DNA of 27,562 nt from Alphaproteobacteria bacterium (lineage in GTDB: Bacteria; Pseudomonadota; Alphaproteobacteria; RF32; CAG-239): positions 1 through 27,562 of the forward strand of contig JAZNQW010000171.1 of NCBI GenBank assembly GCA_045590435.1. The letters run 5' to 3'. Below are positions 25,260-27,562 of the stretch, piece by piece. A model generated the notes under the pieces. That model was not told the origin of the DNA. It worked only from the letters and a program-made list of their open reading frames with translations, and did no database searches. Each line of letters opens with the position of its first letter. The first letter of the stretch is position 1. Made by a program: the position numbers and the translations under genes.

Positions 25260-26078
25260 ATGGTATTATTAGGAATAGTTGGGGCACAAAGCCCTATGGG
25301 CAAATTGGTGCTCGAGCTGTTACAACAGCACACGGAAAATTACAAGGTCATATTCACGGTTGATCGCAGTTACAAAGCATCGCACAATAAATCTGAATAT
25401 GCCGATTTGGAAGACGCTTTGTTGTCTCAGACTCCGACTATGGTGCTTGATTTCGGCGAGCCTAAGACGGCTTTTGAACGCACCAAGATTTACCGGTATT
25501 ACTTTGTGCCGGCCGTTATGTATGCGCCTGCCTTTACCAGAGATCAGTTGTCGCAATTGAGGGCCGTTCGTTCAGGTTCGCAACGTTCGATTCCGTCGCT
25601 GATTATAGAAAACGAATTGTCGCTCAGTCATGTATTGCTCCGAGAACAACTGATACAAACACTGCGTGTTTTTGCTTCTCAGGTAATGTTTGTTAAGATT
25701 TATCTGAAGGAAACGACAGATAACTATTTGGAACGCTATCTGCCGCTGTTGGAGCAAATCAATCGCGAGCTTAGAGTCAAAGAAAAGCCCGTCAAACATA
25801 TTAAGTACCGCGGTAACCAAGTTGAGTACGGCAGAGCCTATGTATATTTATTGTCGTCGAGAGAGGACCAAACTTCTGTTCAAGAAGAAATGAAAGTAGA
25901 AGTTTGCTTGGATCGAGGATTGGATGTTGTTCCGTTAACATACCAGTTTCCTAATCATCGGATGACAGTTTGGCAAGGGCTTGACCGGCTTTTGACGCAT
26001 TTGATAACCCGCTTATCAATTGTCAACGGTGAACTTGATGTGGATGTGTTGGCACAGATAGTGCGTCAATCTTATTAA
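25260..26078 (+). CDS. Divergent DapB (dihydrodipicolinate reductase)-like fold protein lacking catalytic motif
   Basis: LGIVGAQSPMGKLV, VLDFGEP, PAVMYAPAFTRDQL and IIENELSLS parallel DapB IAGAxGRMG, VIDFTxP, PxVIGTTGFxxEQ and APNFSLG; no EHH-x2-K-x-DAPSGTA. Confidence 0.5.
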   Translation: MVLLGIVGAQSPMGKLVLELLQQHTENYKVIFTVDRSYKASHNKSEYADLEDALLSQTPTMVLDFGEPKTAFERTKIYRYYFVPAVMYAPAFTRDQLSQLRAVRSGSQRSIPSLIIENELSLSHVLLREQLIQTLRVFASQVMFVKIYLKETTDNYLERYLPLLEQINRELRVKEKPVKHIKYRGNQVEYGRAYVYLLSSREDQTSVQEEMKVEVCLDRGLDVVPLTYQFPNHRMTVWQGLDRLLTHLITRLSIVNGELDVDVLAQIVRQSY

Positions 26079-26111
26079 CAAAATATGTGGTGAAAACGCC
26101 GCATCTTCAAT

Positions 26112-26150
26112 AAAAAATCCCCTTTGTAGCAGATACAAAAGGGATTTTTT
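26112..26150. terminator. Bidirectional terminator between DapB-like gene and lpxA
   Basis: AAAAAATCCC-C-TTTGTA-N5-TACAAA-A-GGGATTTTTT, with A/T tracts on both sides. Confidence 0.8.
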
Positions 26151-26172
26151 TATTGTTAATTCCGAGCTTATG

Positions 26173-26970
26173 TTAGTCAGCTGTGGTCACATTGCGTTTA
26201 CCGCCAAGTGATTCTTTAATGAACTCTAATTGTTCCATAACCATGGCATTGTCTTTATATTTTTCAAACGCTGCATTCACACGCTCTTCAAATGTACCTT
26301 CTTTGCCCTTAAATACAAACATAAAGGCGCGAGTGCAAGCCTTAATGGTTGATTCATCAATGCCGCTACGCTTTAAGCCGATAACATTTAGGCCGCGCAA
26401 ACGTGCCGGCATACCATTGGCAATACCGAACGGAATAATATCGCGAGCCACACCGGAAACGCCGCCGACCATAGCTTTGCGTCCGATATGAACGAATTGA
26501 TGCACGGCGCAGTTACCGCCTAAAATCACACCGTCACCCAAATGTACGTGTCCGCCGATAACGGCGTTGTTGGTCATAATGACGCCGTTGCCGATTACGC
26601 AGTCGTGTGCAATGTGTGAGTTAATCATAAACATACCGTCGTCACCGACCACGGTGGTAAAGTGTTCTTTCGGCGTGCCCGAATGCATTGTCACGTTCTC
26701 ACGAATGATATTATTTTTACCGATAATCAATTTAGCTTCCGGCTGAAATTCATTACCATGATCTTGCGGTCCGCAACCTAAGCGTGCCCCCGGAAATACG
26801 ATCGTACCTTCGCCAATGGTGGTGTTACCAAAAACGGTTACTTGACCTAAAAGTTTGACATTTTCACCGATTTTAGCTTGTGAGCTAATCCAACACATTG
26901 GGCCGATTTCGGCAGTTGCGGCGATTTGCGCGCCATCTTCAATAATTGCACTTGGATGAATTTTTGCCAT
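26173..26970 (-). CDS. lpxA: UDP-N-acetylglucosamine O-acyltransferase
   Basis: IHPSAII hexapeptide start, IRENVTMHSGT, MINSHIAHDC, GGHV, VHQF, MVGG, GLNVIGLKR. Confidence 0.95.
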   Translation of the reverse strand: MAKIHPSAIIEDGAQIAATAEIGPMCWISSQAKIGENVKLLGQVTVFGNTTIGEGTIVFPGARLGCGPQDHGNEFQPEAKLIIGKNNIIRENVTMHSGTPKEHFTTVVGDDGMFMINSHIAHDCVIGNGVIMTNNAVIGGHVHLGDGVILGGNCAVHQFVHIGRKAMVGGVSGVARDIIPFGIANGMPARLRGLNVIGLKRSGIDESTIKACTRAFMFVFKGKEGTFEERVNAAFEKYKDNAMVMEQLEFIKESLGGKRNVTTAD

Positions 26971-27073
26971 GAGATAATCCTTTCATAATTGATTTCGTTT
27001 TTATTCAGCATAAAGATTTACGTATTTGCGTGCAACACACAAAACGTTACAATTTGTTTCAGACAAAGCAAAT

Positions 27074-27562
27074 TTAAAACACTAATCGACTGAGAAGACC
27101 GCCGGTAACACCACAAGCATATAAAAGCGCCAAAATGTATAAGTTTTGCTTTAAGTGTCGGTTAACGCGGAACAAAATTAAAAGCCCAACACCGGCATTA
27201 ACCAAGCTGCCGCTGAGCAATGTGCTGACGTTGATGCAATTTTCCAAATATAATTGCGTAAGAATGACAGAGGCTGAGCAATTCGGCAACAAACCGAACA
27301 CCCCACTAATCAATTCACTTAAAATCGGTGTTTGCAAATAGATGGATAGGCGAGAAGGGTGAACAAAAGCAAAAACAGCATTTAAAATCAAAGTAATGAT
27401 AAATATAAATAAAGCAATACGTAAGGAGTGATGTAGTGCCGGTCGCCAAATACCTTCTTCGCAATGACAATTTTCATTGGCGCACAGCTCTTCCATATTA
27501 AACGCCGGCTGTGGGGTATATTTGCGCCACACAAAATCTATAATGTAGCCGAAAATCAGTCC
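27074..27562 (-). CDS. Putative manganese transporter/ArsP_2-type membrane protein, 5'-truncated by the window edge
   Basis: Frame open to the edge (GLIFGYIIDFVWRK...); FGLLPNCSASVILTQLY and AGVGLLILFR motifs; multiple TM segments; H/C/E-rich loop. Confidence 0.7.
   Translation of the reverse strand, partial: GLIFGYIIDFVWRKYTPQPAFNMEELCANENCHCEEGIWRPALHHSLRIALFIFIITLILNAVFAFVHPSRLSIYLQTPILSELISGVFGLLPNCSASVILTQLYLENCINVSTLLSGSLVNAGVGLLILFRVNRHLKQNLYILALLYACGVTGGLLSRLVF

Noticed and set aside
1-27562. tRNA, rRNA, known riboswitches, IS elements, prophage genes
   Set aside because: I recognised no cloverleaf, rRNA-like stretch, riboswitch consensus, transposase, integrase or phage structural motif by eye. 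A tRNAscan/Infernal run would be needed to exclude them formally.

Overview
A gene-dense window with no rRNA, tRNA, CRISPR-cas, transposase or integrase that I can recognise. It most likely comes from an alphaproteobacterium: there is a GTTC-N7-GTTC LexA box upstream of recA, a DUF4167 gene, a DivL-type PAS protein, an EIIA(Man)-HPr pair and ihfB-lapA-accD. The AT-rich DNA and collapsed operons suggest a reduced, probably host-associated lineage (inference). The housekeeping backbone (recA, ftsH, PTS pair, tsaB, ihfB, lapA, accD, clpB, cdd-PNP-deoA, lpxA) is interspersed with unusual genes. Best leads: (1) a stand-alone 141-aa protein (3541-3966) that aligns motif by motif with the CD38/ADP-ribosyl cyclase catalytic core, catalytic Glu included, and is translationally coupled to an SDT1-type HAD nucleotidase and convergent with an HD phosphohydrolase; (2) a candidate structured ncRNA of three related hairpins with compensatory base changes (about 24905-25070); (3) three intact but degenerate or truncated versions of conserved proteins (half DEAD-box helicase, kinase-less DivL, DapB-like fold without catalytic motif); (4) a putatively secreted MORN+ankyrin fusion; (5) an orphan DNA methyltransferase coupled to the PTS genes; (6) orphan genes with their own promoter, a shared SD-less leader and a terminator. 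All family assignments come from motif recognition by eye and from memory of reference proteins. No database search or folding computation was run.
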